DNA from: Rhodomicrobium sp.
GTDB lineage: Bacteria > Pseudomonadota > Alphaproteobacteria > Rhizobiales > HXMU1428-3
Direction of reading: 5' to 3'
Assembly (NCBI GenBank): GCA_021604665.1
Contig: BQJK01000001.1
Location: 956,419 to 1,020,418 of the forward strand
Length of the DNA: 64,000 nt
Both the position numbers and the translations under genes were made by a program. The notes beneath the pieces were generated by a model that ran no database searches, was not told where the DNA came from, and saw nothing but the letters and a program-made list of their open reading frames with translations. Position 1 is the first letter of the stretch. Every line of letters begins with the position of its first letter. This document shows, in pieces, positions 32,369-42,505 of this stretch.

Positions 32369-32647
32369 AAAGCTTCTCAAATATCTCTATTAGTTTTTGG
32401 TTGTGATTAAGAGAGCACTTAATAACCTACAAATCAGATGCGAGTAAAGCGGCAGATCAACTCGCCAGTAATCCAGCCCGCATAACAGACTGCCTAACCG
32501 CAAAATAAGCTCCCACCTGAGTAAAAGCTGTTGCCATTAATATTTCTGGAATATGTAGAGAAATGATGAGGTAAACGCTTATAGAAGCAGCATCACATGA
32601 TAAAGTCGCAAAGACAAAGCAGATGTAATTATGAGAGCCTTGAACAG

Positions 32648-32709
32648 TTCAAAGCATCTAAAATTTCGAAGCTTCGAAAACTTCAAAGCATCTAACACTT
32701 CAAAGCATC
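32648..32709. repeat. Three TTCAAAGCATC(TAA) direct repeats with a 16-bp perfect palindrome between copies 1 and 2
   Basis: Copies start at 32648, 32682, 32699; TTTCGAAGCTTCGAAA at 32664-32679. Confidence 0.9.
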
Positions 32710-33087
32710 AGCTTCACAATCACTACAGTAATAACAAAGCTTCCAAATCAATGAATAAGTTACGATCAACCCCATAGAAACAATCTAAATATAGAGAAGA
32801 TAAACCTTATAAGATCCCTTATCTCACCCATCGGATATATCGCTTTAAAGATATACCATCTGTTAGATAGTTCTCAGCAGATCTTAACTCTTGCCTGCTC
32901 GTAAGCCCTATTCAGCTCACAACTTTATCAATTATTATTTTACCCGCTTCTTACCTCACCGGCATGATGTCATACGCTATCTTGCAAAGACGCCACTTGA
33001 TTATCAGCTGTTATTACCTAGAGAGAAGTCTCTACATAGAACAGCATGATCCTGAATGTGGCTCATATGAACATCATCTCCAGATCC

Positions 33088-33294
33088 CTAAATACCCAGT
33101 TCGATGAAATGACTATGCGCTGCATTTATGGCACAAACGGGGCAATCTTGCCTCACCCGCGTGGCCAATGCGCCACAGACATGGCACGGGTAAAAAATGA
33201 ACCTTTGGCAAAGAGTTAAATCGGTGTTTGAGCAATAAAATAGAATAATCAGCAGGGCGCAATCCACAAGCCTAAACCATATACGAGAGGCCAT
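33088..33294 (-). CDS. Possible small zinc-ribbon protein (CxxC-x10-CPxC)
   Basis: CHVCGALATRVRQDCPVC; no clear SD; may be spurious. Confidence 0.25.
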   Translation of the reverse strand: MASRIWFRLVDCALLIILFYCSNTDLTLCQRFIFYPCHVCGALATRVRQDCPVCAINAAHSHFIELGI

Positions 33295-33576
33295 AGGCCA
33301 GATGCAAAACAACCTGCTAATCTGCCAGATCTGCAATTACCAACACAGCGCCTGATAGGGAAACCCAACAAATTTCATCCAAACGGTGAACTATTACCCC
33401 GCTCAAAGCGACAATGCTGGTACCAATAATTTGAAAACCTATTGCAAAAGGCCAGCTGGCAACATGACAAATTTTTCACCTGATTTATTCACAACCGCTG
33501 TTACAATCCGGCGCTAAGAATTAAAAATAAACCACAGACGCTTAAATCGCATCACCACCTTGAAAAGAGACTTAGA

Positions 33577-34683
33577 ATGGAACCTTCAAACTCACCTCAT
33601 ACCGGCCAGCCGATAGATATATCATGGGCTGGCAAAGGCACAGATTACATTGGCCTCGGGTTTAAAATCTTCCTGTTGAAAATCATTACCCTCGGCATTT
33701 ATCATTTCTGGGGCAAAACAGAAACCCGCCGCAAACTCTGGAATCACACCAGAATAAACTCAGAGCCCCTGGAATATACCGGCACTGGCATGCAGCTCTT
33801 CCTCGGGTTCCTTATTGCAATGCTGGTTGTTTTCGCGCCTATTTTTATCGGCGTCATCATCATTGTCTCGCTATTTGGCCAACAAAGTATCGCTCTCGCG
33901 GTTTTTATGGTCTGTGTTTATGTGTCTTTTCTCTACCTTATCGGCGTGGCGATTTACTCTGCCAACCGCTACCGCCTCTCTCGCACCCAATGGCGGGGCA
34001 TTCGGGGGGCGCTCAAAGGCTCTGCTTGGGCTTATGGCTGGACAACCTTCTGGACAACAATTGTCACAATACTCAGCCTGGGCCTTGCCGTGCCATGGCA
34101 AAGTATCAAGCTGCAACGCATTATAACAAACAACACATATTTCGGCGAAACAGGCATGCAGTTCACTGGCAAAGCCTCAGCCGTCTTTAAATATTTCATC
34201 ATCCCCTGGCTGGTGATGGTCGGCGGCCTCATCGCGCTTGGCTTTTTGATTTCACCTTATATCGTGCAAATTCAGGCCTGGCAGGAAGCTGGCGGTATCG
34301 CAGATCCAAACAAAATTCTTTATGTTCAGCTCATGCTGATATTACATTATATGGGCTTCCTCGTCTTTGCCTCAGTTGCCTATGCTTGGTATCAGTCTAA
34401 ATATTATAACTATATTGCCGAGCAAACCCATTTCTCCAATGGCAACTTCAACCTCACGACAACCGCAGGCGGGCTGATATGGCTGACCTTAAGCAATGTG
34501 CTTATTGTCATCCTCAGCCTCACCATTTTGACCCCAGTCGCTGTCGCAAGAGTGTTTGGTTATATTGTCGATAATCTCTCATTCAATGGCACCGTAGATG
34601 TCGCGGGCATACAGCAAAGCCAACAAAGCTTGAGCAAAACAGGCGAAGGCCTGGCCGAAGGATTTGATATCGGCTCCTTCTAA
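33577..34683 (+). CDS. YjgN/DUF898 family inner membrane protein
   Basis: ITLGIYHFWGK, LEYTGTG, YRLSRTQWRG, TYFGETGMQFTG, EGLAEGFD. Confidence 0.9.
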   Translation: MEPSNSPHTGQPIDISWAGKGTDYIGLGFKIFLLKIITLGIYHFWGKTETRRKLWNHTRINSEPLEYTGTGMQLFLGFLIAMLVVFAPIFIGVIIIVSLFGQQSIALAVFMVCVYVSFLYLIGVAIYSANRYRLSRTQWRGIRGALKGSAWAYGWTTFWTTIVTILSLGLAVPWQSIKLQRIITNNTYFGETGMQFTGKASAVFKYFIIPWLVMVGGLIALGFLISPYIVQIQAWQEAGGIADPNKILYVQLMLILHYMGFLVFASVAYAWYQSKYYNYIAEQTHFSNGNFNLTTTAGGLIWLTLSNVLIVILSLTILTPVAVARVFGYIVDNLSFNGTVDVAGIQQSQQSLSKTGEGLAEGFDIGSF

Positions 34684-34776
34684 CCCCATATAAACCTACG
34701 ACCTTCACTTAGACGAAAGGGGCGAGCAGTAATTCAGCTGCCCGCCCCTCTTTGACCCTGAAATAGGACCGCCAGA

Positions 34777-36120
34777 ATGACCAATGGGCAACATCTATCT
34801 GAATATGAATATCAACAGGGCCGAGATAAGAAACCTCTCAGCCTGGACGCTGGTGATAGTTGCAATGGCCGTTGGAGCGATGGCAAAACCGCAGCCGCTC
34901 ATAGCGTTGAGATAGAATTACAGAACACAGCTCTGCTATTCCGCAGAGATGATGAGAATAGCCTTAGCCATACCAATCACATTCATGAATGGCCCTATGC
35001 CTCCATCCACTCCCCCTCACCAATCTCACCAAATGATGAACATGTCCTCATAACCTCAACTGATTACCCTGGGGAGCGCCTGTTCATAGACACCCCGGAT
35101 TTCGCCGCCAAAATTCTCAGCCGCGCACCCAATGTGAGCCGCCGCAGCCACCAATGGGCGCTGTTAAAATGGCCCCTTGGCATGGCAGTGGCATTGGTGT
35201 TTTTCTGGGCGCTCACCTATTTTGATGTTATCAGCCCGGCCAATAGCCTCGCCAAACTAATGCCAGATGATGCCCGCACCACCATCGGCACCGGCCTCAT
35301 AAAAACCATCCGCCAAGATAGTAAAGTTTGCCAAACACCGGCCGGCAATGCAGCGCTCAACAAATTGCTTTACCGCCTCACCCCGGCCCTCCCCAAAGCC
35401 CTCGACTATAAAGTTCAGGTGGCAGACATAAACTATGTCAACGCCTTCGCAGCCCCGGGAGACCAAATCATTGTCTCAGGCAAATTGATACAGCAAGCCA
35501 AATCAGCAGATGAAGTCGCTGGCGTCATCGCCCATGAACTCGGCCACAGCATTGAGCGCCACCCTGAAGCCAACCTCATCCGCGCACTTGGACTGCTAAC
35601 AATGGTTCAGCTACTCACCGCCGGTGAAGCCGGTGCCTTTGGTGACATAGCCTTCATGCTTGTTCAATCTGGCTATAGCCGCTCTGCCGAAGCTCAGGCT
35701 GATAAGCATGCCGCAAAAATTCTCAATATGGTGGATATTGATAGCCGCCCATTAGCGCTATTTTTTGAAAGATTAATCAACAAAGCCAAAGACAAATCAA
35801 AGGATGAGAACCCTTCAGAAGATAACGCCGACAAAACATCAGACACATCATCAGACAACGCAATGACCAGAGAAACCGACGCAGACGATGATGCCTCAGA
35901 AACTTCAGATTACACCGGATGGATCAGCACTCACCCACCAACCAAAAACCGCATCAACTATTTCAACAAAAGCAAAATCAACACGGCCCCAGCTATATTA
36001 ACCCCAACAGAATGGGCGGCGCTCCAAGCCATATGCGGCAAACCAAAGGAAAATGATAAATCTGCCAAGCAAGCTGGAGACAGCAAACCGGCAGCTCGTA
36101 AGGGCGGTTCAGGTAAATAG
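34777..36120 (+). CDS. M48 family zinc metallopeptidase
   Basis: NAFAAPG, HELGH, YSRSAEAQAD, STHPPT; usual partner of DUF898. Confidence 0.92.
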   Translation: MTNGQHLSEYEYQQGRDKKPLSLDAGDSCNGRWSDGKTAAAHSVEIELQNTALLFRRDDENSLSHTNHIHEWPYASIHSPSPISPNDEHVLITSTDYPGERLFIDTPDFAAKILSRAPNVSRRSHQWALLKWPLGMAVALVFFWALTYFDVISPANSLAKLMPDDARTTIGTGLIKTIRQDSKVCQTPAGNAALNKLLYRLTPALPKALDYKVQVADINYVNAFAAPGDQIIVSGKLIQQAKSADEVAGVIAHELGHSIERHPEANLIRALGLLTMVQLLTAGEAGAFGDIAFMLVQSGYSRSAEAQADKHAAKILNMVDIDSRPLALFFERLINKAKDKSKDENPSEDNADKTSDTSSDNAMTRETDADDDASETSDYTGWISTHPPTKNRINYFNKSKINTAPAILTPTEWAALQAICGKPKENDKSAKQAGDSKPAARKGGSGK

Positions 36121-36136
36121 CCACCAGCAAAAAAAA

Positions 36137-36164
36137 ATCGCCAGAGCGAGGCCGCTCTGGCGAT
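36137..36164. terminator. Intrinsic terminator between convergent M48 and DUF1097 genes
   Basis: Perfect 12-bp stem ATCGCCAGAGCG-AGGC-CGCTCTGGCGAT, A-run on the left. Confidence 0.85.
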
Positions 36165-36208
36165 AATTAAAAGATCAGAAATTTAATAAAAACTGCGGCG
36201 ATCTCTTA

Positions 36209-36718
36209 TCAACCGGCAGAAAGAATGCCAGCCAGCTTCTCAGACACATAGCCAAACACAGCGCCCACAATCAATGACAGAATGACAGTGAGAATTGGCC
36301 CATCCAGCGCAACCGAGGTAATATCATTCGCCCCACTGGAAAGCAGCGCGTAGGCAGCGATTGAAGCAAACCCTAAAACAGAAGCGGGTATCGCCGCAAA
36401 GAGTGGAATGCTAGAGGCCAGCACAATGACAGCCGCACCAATACCCACAGCAATACCAGCCCAAACAGCATCAGCGACGCCAGGGTTAAAGTTTCCATTC
36501 AGATAAAGCGCTGCGGCCCCAATAAGCACGCCAAACGCTGTGGCAATGACAGTCGTCACAAAGCCGCGCTCACCGCCGCCACATTGGAAAAAGCAGGCCC
36601 AGGCAATAAATACCGCCCAGATTTGCAATCCAAGTCCCGTGATATTTGAAACGGCCAACCAGGTTGCAACCGCAGCCAACACGCCAATGCTAATAGTTAG
36701 TCCCAATAATTTCGGCAT
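36209..36718 (-). CDS. DUF1097 family membrane protein
   Basis: WAVFIAWACFF...GG; five to six hydrophobic helices; GAVFGYVSEKLAG C-terminus. Confidence 0.75.
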   Translation of the reverse strand: MPKLLGLTISIGVLAAVATWLAVSNITGLGLQIWAVFIAWACFFQCGGGERGFVTTVIATAFGVLIGAAALYLNGNFNPGVADAVWAGIAVGIGAAVIVLASSIPLFAAIPASVLGFASIAAYALLSSGANDITSVALDGPILTVILSLIVGAVFGYVSEKLAGILSAG

Positions 36719-37017
36719 TATAAACTCTCCCCTCATTGATTAAATCTAACCAGACACCAGCCCCAAATTGCCGCTGCCCAAAAGTTACTCACCCACAAAC
36801 AAAATCAAAATAGTGATGATATTTTAATCACCACCGGCAAGAGACTGCACATAAATATATCACTTTGCAAACTTATTAATCACCTATCTGGGGAGAGAGA
36901 GCCTGGATAAACCGCAGCCGAGAAAAGTCAAATCCTCATAAAAAAGGGCCGCCCCTTTACAATGGGCAGCCCAATATATCGCAAAATTTTAACGGGTTAG
37001 AAGGCCCAGTTAACCTG

Positions 37018-39687
37018 CTAGCTCAACTCTGCCAGCCGTTTCAAAGCCGCTTCTAACTGCTCTTTTTGCTCACCTTCTTCAGCAAGGCGCCGCTTCTGTT
37101 CTTCAACAACATTCGCCGGCGCTTTCGAGAGAAACTGCTCATTTGAGAGTTTGCCGCTAAGCTTTTTAATTTCACCAGAAACTTTGCCTAGCTCTTTGTT
37201 AAGCCGCTCAGTTTCGGCGCCAACATCAATCACGCCTTCAAGTTTCAGGCAGGCAACAGCCTCCCCGCACACAATCTGCAGCGACCCCTTCGGCACACTC
37301 GCATCAAAGGAAATATCAGAAAGCCGCGCCATTTGCTTTAGCGTTCCATCAAATTTCTCAGCCCGGGCAATAGTTTCATCATTTGCATGAGCCATAACAA
37401 GAGCAAGCTTCGCCCCTGCCGGCACATTCATTTCAGAGCGTGCTGAGCGGATATCAGAAATCAGGGCGATCAGCCAATTAATCTCGGCCGCAGCTGAAGC
37501 ATCTTCAACCCCACTCACTTTAGGCCAGGGAGCAGTGATCAGCATTGTCTCTCTTTTCCGCCCCTGCTCACCAAGCCGTTGCCACAACTCTTCCGTCATG
37601 AAAGGCATAAACGGGTGCAGCAGCTTAATCATCTCATCAAGCACATGAGCCGTCACAGCCCGGGTCTCTGTGATCAGAGCTTTATCAGCGCCAGAAAATA
37701 CCGGCTTTGAAAGCTCCACATACCAGTCACAATATGTATGCCAGATAAAGTGATAAACACCAGACGCCGCCTCATTAAAGCGATAGGCCTCAATTGACGC
37801 AGTAACAGAAGTGATGGTGCCTTCTAGTTCACTCAAAATCCAACGGTTGAGGCTGGATTTTAAATCACCAGGTGATATCTCACCCGGCCCAACACAACCA
37901 TTCATCTCAGCAAACCGCGCGGCGTTCCAAAGCTTGGTCGCAAAATTACGATAGCCTGCCACCCGCGAGACATTCATATTCACATCGCGCCCCTGCGCCG
38001 CCATCGCCGCCATAGTAAACCGCAGCGCATCAGCACCATATTCATCAATCAGCTCCAGGGGATCAACAACATTGCCCTTGGATTTAGACATCTTCTTACC
38101 ATGCTCATCTCTAACAAGAGCATGGATATAAACAGTGTCAAACGGCACTTCTTTCATAAAGTGCAGCCCCATCATCATCATACGAGCAACCCAGAAAAAG
38201 ATGATGTCAAAGGCCGTTGAAAGTGTGGCCGTTGGATAATAACGCTGCAATTCAGCCGTGTTCTCAGGCCAGCCAAGTGTAGAAAATGGCCAAAGCGCTG
38301 AGGAAAACCAGGTATCAAGCACATCCTCATCACGGGTCAATGTCACAGCCCGCCCATAATGAGCCTCAGCATCGGCAAGCGCTTCAGCTTCACTCTCAGC
38401 CACAAAAACTGCCCCATCTTCGCCATACCAGGCCGGGATCTGATGCCCCCACCAAAGCTGGCGTGAAATGCACCATGGCTGAATGTTATTCATCCACTCA
38501 AAATAGGTTTTATCCCAATTGCCAGGCACAAATTTGGTTTGACCAGACTTAACAGCCTCAATCGCTGGCCCAGCCAGCGTTTCCGCATTAACATACCATT
38601 GGTCCGTCAGCCATGGCTCAATCACCACGCCAGAGCGGTCGCCATAAGGCACAGTTAACTGATGGTCCTCAACCTTTTCAAGCAAGCCCAGCGCATCCAT
38701 CTCAGCAACAATTTTTTTGCGCGCCTCAAACCGCTCCATCCCTTGGTAAGCCTCCGGCACATTTTCATTCAAATGCGCCGTCTCATCAAAGATATTGATC
38801 ATTTCAAGATTTTGGCGACGACCAACCTCAAAGTCATTAAAGTCATGAGCTGGTGTCATCTTCACGGCGCCCGAGCCTTGCTCAGGGTCAGGATATTCAT
38901 CCGCCACAATCGGGATCAACCGATCAGAAATCGGCAAACGCACCATACGGCCAACAAGCGCCATGTAGCGCTCATCATCCGGGTGAACAGCAACACCGGT
39001 ATCACCCAGCATCGTTTCAGGCCGCGTTGTCACAACGGTAATAAATTGGCCCTCTTCCCCCTCAATCGGGTACTTGAAATGCCACATATGCCCGTTGGTC
39101 TCTACCGGCTCAACCTCAAGATCTGAAATCGCAGTGAGTAATTTAGGGTCCCAGTTCACAAGGCGCTTATCCTTGTAGATCAGCCCTTCCTTATAAAGCG
39201 AGACAAACACCTTAAGCACCGCTTTAGAGAGCCCTTCATCCATTGTGAAACGCTCGCGAGACCAGTCACAAGAAGCACCAAGCCGGCGCAGCTGATTAAC
39301 AATCGTGCCGCCAGATTCTTCCTTCCACGCCCATACCTTCTCTAAAAATGCCTCGCGGCCCATTTCCCGGCGGCCCGGCAATCCCTGTTCCGCAAGCTGG
39401 CGTTCTACAACCATTTGCGTTGCAATACCCGCATGGTCAACACCAGGCTGCCACAAAACATTCTTGCCGCGCATACGCTCAAAACGGATCAACAAATCCT
39501 GCAGACTATTATTCAGCGCATGCCCCATATGTAGTGAGCCGGTTACATTAGGCGGCGGAATGACAATACAGAAATTCTCATCAGAACCAGTGCTCGAAGG
39601 GTCACCGGCCTTAAATGCGCCAGCCTCTTCCCAAGCATCATAAATCCGCTCTTCTATATCTTTAGGTTGATACGTCTTATCGAGCAT
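37018..39687 (-). CDS. valS: Valine--tRNA ligase
   Basis: PPPNVTGSLHMGH, WCISRQLWWGH, KMSKSKGN, C-terminal coiled-coil arm. Confidence 0.98.
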   Translation of the reverse strand: MLDKTYQPKDIEERIYDAWEEAGAFKAGDPSSTGSDENFCIVIPPPNVTGSLHMGHALNNSLQDLLIRFERMRGKNVLWQPGVDHAGIATQMVVERQLAEQGLPGRREMGREAFLEKVWAWKEESGGTIVNQLRRLGASCDWSRERFTMDEGLSKAVLKVFVSLYKEGLIYKDKRLVNWDPKLLTAISDLEVEPVETNGHMWHFKYPIEGEEGQFITVVTTRPETMLGDTGVAVHPDDERYMALVGRMVRLPISDRLIPIVADEYPDPEQGSGAVKMTPAHDFNDFEVGRRQNLEMINIFDETAHLNENVPEAYQGMERFEARKKIVAEMDALGLLEKVEDHQLTVPYGDRSGVVIEPWLTDQWYVNAETLAGPAIEAVKSGQTKFVPGNWDKTYFEWMNNIQPWCISRQLWWGHQIPAWYGEDGAVFVAESEAEALADAEAHYGRAVTLTRDEDVLDTWFSSALWPFSTLGWPENTAELQRYYPTATLSTAFDIIFFWVARMMMMGLHFMKEVPFDTVYIHALVRDEHGKKMSKSKGNVVDPLELIDEYGADALRFTMAAMAAQGRDVNMNVSRVAGYRNFATKLWNAARFAEMNGCVGPGEISPGDLKSSLNRWILSELEGTITSVTASIEAYRFNEAASGVYHFIWHTYCDWYVELSKPVFSGADKALITETRAVTAHVLDEMIKLLHPFMPFMTEELWQRLGEQGRKRETMLITAPWPKVSGVEDASAAAEINWLIALISDIRSARSEMNVPAGAKLALVMAHANDETIARAEKFDGTLKQMARLSDISFDASVPKGSLQIVCGEAVACLKLEGVIDVGAETERLNKELGKVSGEIKKLSGKLSNEQFLSKAPANVVEEQKRRLAEEGEQKEQLEAALKRLAELS

Positions 39688-39799
39688 AATTCTCTTAACC
39701 CCGGCTCTTGCCTCAAAACTAAAAAATCGGTGGTACGCCCCCCGGCTTGTCCTGTCAACAGGCCAGCAAGAGATCAAAGCTATTTAAGGCAAAATAAAA

Positions 39800-39825
39800 G
39801 GGGCACCACCCCAAGGCGGCACCCC
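39800..39825 (-). terminator. Intrinsic terminator after popZ
   Basis: 11-bp stem with G-U pairs that forms only on the minus strand, followed by TTTTATTTT. Confidence 0.6.
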
Positions 39826-39856
39826 TAAAATAAACTCTCAGTCAATCAGACCCGGC

Positions 39857-41608
39857 CTAAAGCCTATTCGGGTCAATCTTGCCGTTATCATCAACAGCGC
39901 CCCGTAATAGATCTGGCAGATTGCGCTCCAACCACTCACGCAATAGCGGTTTCAAGAGCTGCTTAACAATCTCTTCCAGATTATTTCGCATCTCTAATGG
40001 CAGTTGGTCCACCATCGGATCAGACATAGCCATCATCGGCTGCGCCGCTGGTAAACCGCCCCGGCTAGTCGGCACTGGCAAACCATCACTACCTGATACA
40101 GCAGGTAAATACCCTTGATGAGGGATTAAACCAGCATCAGCTGGCATTTGAGGGGTTTGCCCATGATGCGGCTGCATAGAAGAGTTATGCCCTTCACTTA
40201 AGCCCCGCATCTGTGCTTCAGCACCAGCAAAGGGTGAGTTTCCCTCAGCGCCGCGAGATATCGGCCCCCCATGCTCCGGCTGACCGGCTTGAGGAGAAAA
40301 TCCACCTTCCCTCGGGTCACGTTGCCCCAGATTAAGGCTGGCATCTGCCTGGCTAAGCGCCGCGCCCATTGCCAGTTCGTTTTCAAGCCTTTGATCATTA
40401 GTCGCTCTTGGATCTTGGGCGTGTCTCGGGTCCTGAGCCAATCTTGGATCTTGAGCTAATCTTGGGTCTTGTGCCAGTCTCGGGTCTTGTACATGTCTTG
40501 GATCCTGCCCCTGCGGCGCGGCAGAAGAAGGTTGAATACCTTGATTAGGTAAATGCGGTTGACCTAAGCTATGCCCTGGCGCACCTTCAGCAGCTAGTGG
40601 CTGCATGCCGCGCGAAGCAGGACCAGCATCACCCGGCTGATGGTCATTCCGACTATGAGGTGGCATTGGCTGCCCCTGAGGCTGCCCCACCTGATGACCT
40701 TGTGGCGGCATACCACCCTGGCCCTGAAGCCCAGGTTGGCCCTGTGGAATTGGCTGACCTTGAGGAAAAGGCTGTCCGTGCGGTGGCTGCCCCTGAGCGG
40801 CTAATTCTCGAGACAGTGGCGGTTGTTGCCGCACCTGCTCACCCATCCCCGGCTGAGGGGCATTTTGTCCATTATTTTGTAAGTCGCGATTAAGACCATC
40901 TCTGGACTGTGGCGCTATATTTCCTTGTTGCATCAAAGGTTGCACATCGTCTTGCGCGGCCCTCTGAGCGCGCGCCTCAGCAGCATCAGTCTCTCGCCCG
41001 TGCGAAGCGCCGTGTGCATCGCCGCCAACGCCCATAGCTCCGCCAAGCCCTAAATCATCATTCATCGCGCCAAGGAGATCAGTAATTTCGGAAGCCGTCT
41101 CATGAGCACTGCCGGCCTCTTCCTTAGCTTGTTGGCCAATATCCCTATTGGCGGCAGCACCCATCGCACCAAATTCACCTTGAGCACGCGCAGCCTCCTG
41201 GGTATGTGCAGCCTCTTGAGCATGCGCAGCCTGTGGATGACCCGGCTGTGGTTGCCCACCGGCTAGATCATCTCTTTGAGATCCAGGCACTAACTCTTGA
41301 ACGGATTGACTTTGCGGCGTATCCGCCCGCTTTTGGTCGCCATTATCACGGGGGTCAGACATTTGCCGCGGATCGTGGCCAGCCTCATGGCCGCCAGGGG
41401 GCAAGCCCATATCAGCAGCCTGCGGCTTCGCGGCAGGCGCTTGCGGCGGCTTGACCACATTGGTCAAATCCATGACACCGTCATCTAACTCTTGAGACGG
41501 TTGTTGTTGAGACGATGCCTCACCATTACTTTCGCCCTCAATCATACTCTTAATGGATGCAAGTAATTCATCCATCGAAACATTGGGAGCTTGGCCGCTA
41601 CTGCTCAT
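39857..41608 (-). CDS. popZ: Polar organizing protein PopZ (DUF2497) with very long disordered linker
   Basis: N-terminal SMDELLASIK helix; C-terminal LEEIVKQLLKPLLREWLERNLP; conserved position between tolC and valS. Confidence 0.92.
   Translation of the reverse strand: MSSSGQAPNVSMDELLASIKSMIEGESNGEASSQQQPSQELDDGVMDLTNVVKPPQAPAAKPQAADMGLPPGGHEAGHDPRQMSDPRDNGDQKRADTPQSQSVQELVPGSQRDDLAGGQPQPGHPQAAHAQEAAHTQEAARAQGEFGAMGAAANRDIGQQAKEEAGSAHETASEITDLLGAMNDDLGLGGAMGVGGDAHGASHGRETDAAEARAQRAAQDDVQPLMQQGNIAPQSRDGLNRDLQNNGQNAPQPGMGEQVRQQPPLSRELAAQGQPPHGQPFPQGQPIPQGQPGLQGQGGMPPQGHQVGQPQGQPMPPHSRNDHQPGDAGPASRGMQPLAAEGAPGHSLGQPHLPNQGIQPSSAAPQGQDPRHVQDPRLAQDPRLAQDPRLAQDPRHAQDPRATNDQRLENELAMGAALSQADASLNLGQRDPREGGFSPQAGQPEHGGPISRGAEGNSPFAGAEAQMRGLSEGHNSSMQPHHGQTPQMPADAGLIPHQGYLPAVSGSDGLPVPTSRGGLPAAQPMMAMSDPMVDQLPLEMRNNLEEIVKQLLKPLLREWLERNLPDLLRGAVDDNGKIDPNRL
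40406..40507 (-). repeat. Six 18-nt tandem units encoding QDPR(HV/LA/HA) in PopZ
   Basis: QDPRHVQDPRLAQDPRLAQDPRLAQDPRHAQDPR; units differ at synonymous positions. Confidence 0.95.
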
Positions 41609-42505
41609 CTAATGCGTCCTCGATAATATTTAACTGCACAATCTCGTAACAGATCCAACTCACAATTAAGGTCATTGCTAACCCCACCTAATTATAAATC
41701 TCTCCGAAGAGAACCAGGCTTAATTGTCAGTCATAAACTCAGACTTAGCCTCAACCTTCGCCTCAGTGAGGTGATACGGACATTCAATGACACCAAAGCA
41801 ATGATATCAAGGCGGTGTTGAAGCTTAAGAGACGATGCCACCGGTTAGCAGGCAGACAGCTGAAGAACAGCTATCAACACAAACACACCTGGCAAAGCCC
41901 CAAGGCTATCATCATGTGAAAGAGAGATTTCAAAGAGAAGTGAATTTAAGAACTTATCTAAACCTAAGCACTCATCTAAAAAGATAACCCACCCAGAGTG
42001 ATAAATTACCTAAAAGATAAAGGCCGACCCCAAAAGGATCAAAGCTGAACCCATAGGCCAGCAGCCCCAAACACCCGCACTTTAAAAAACAAACCCCGCA
42101 TGATCACCGTAATATCCTGGCTTCTGAAACGATCCGGACCCGCATCTCGCAGGCCTTTACTACTGCTCGCAAAAAACCGGCTAGCCCTCTAACCGATATT
42201 AGCTTTGCGGAGCACAGCTCCTAAAAGCCGGTAAACGCTCCAGGGCATCACCAAGAGACTGGTAAAACCAATCTAAGCCAACCCTGTCTAAGTTCATATG
42301 AGAAAGGTCAATAACCAAACCCACATGCACAAAAGCCCCCTCATGAACAAATCTCATGAGTAGACAAGACTATGCTTACTCTAATTGCTTAAACCATATG
42401 AAAGCCCCCCTCAAGTGAATCGAACAGTTTTGTAAAATTACACACAGCTCGATTCACAATTGAGGAAAATGGGCCACATCAGAGCGGCAATCTCTTATTT
42501 AGGGA

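Noticed and set aside
32455-32540. Leader-peptide attenuator for ilvD (MATAFTQVGAYFAVRQSVMRAGLLAS)
   Set aside because: No run of Ile/Leu/Val codons and no terminator or antiterminator hairpin.
32648-32709. Mini CRISPR array
   Set aside because: Repeats are 11-14 bp with 3-20 bp gaps, only three units, and no cas genes are present.
40406-40507. CRISPR-like or mobile repeat
   Set aside because: In-frame 18-nt coding repeat inside popZ with no spacers.
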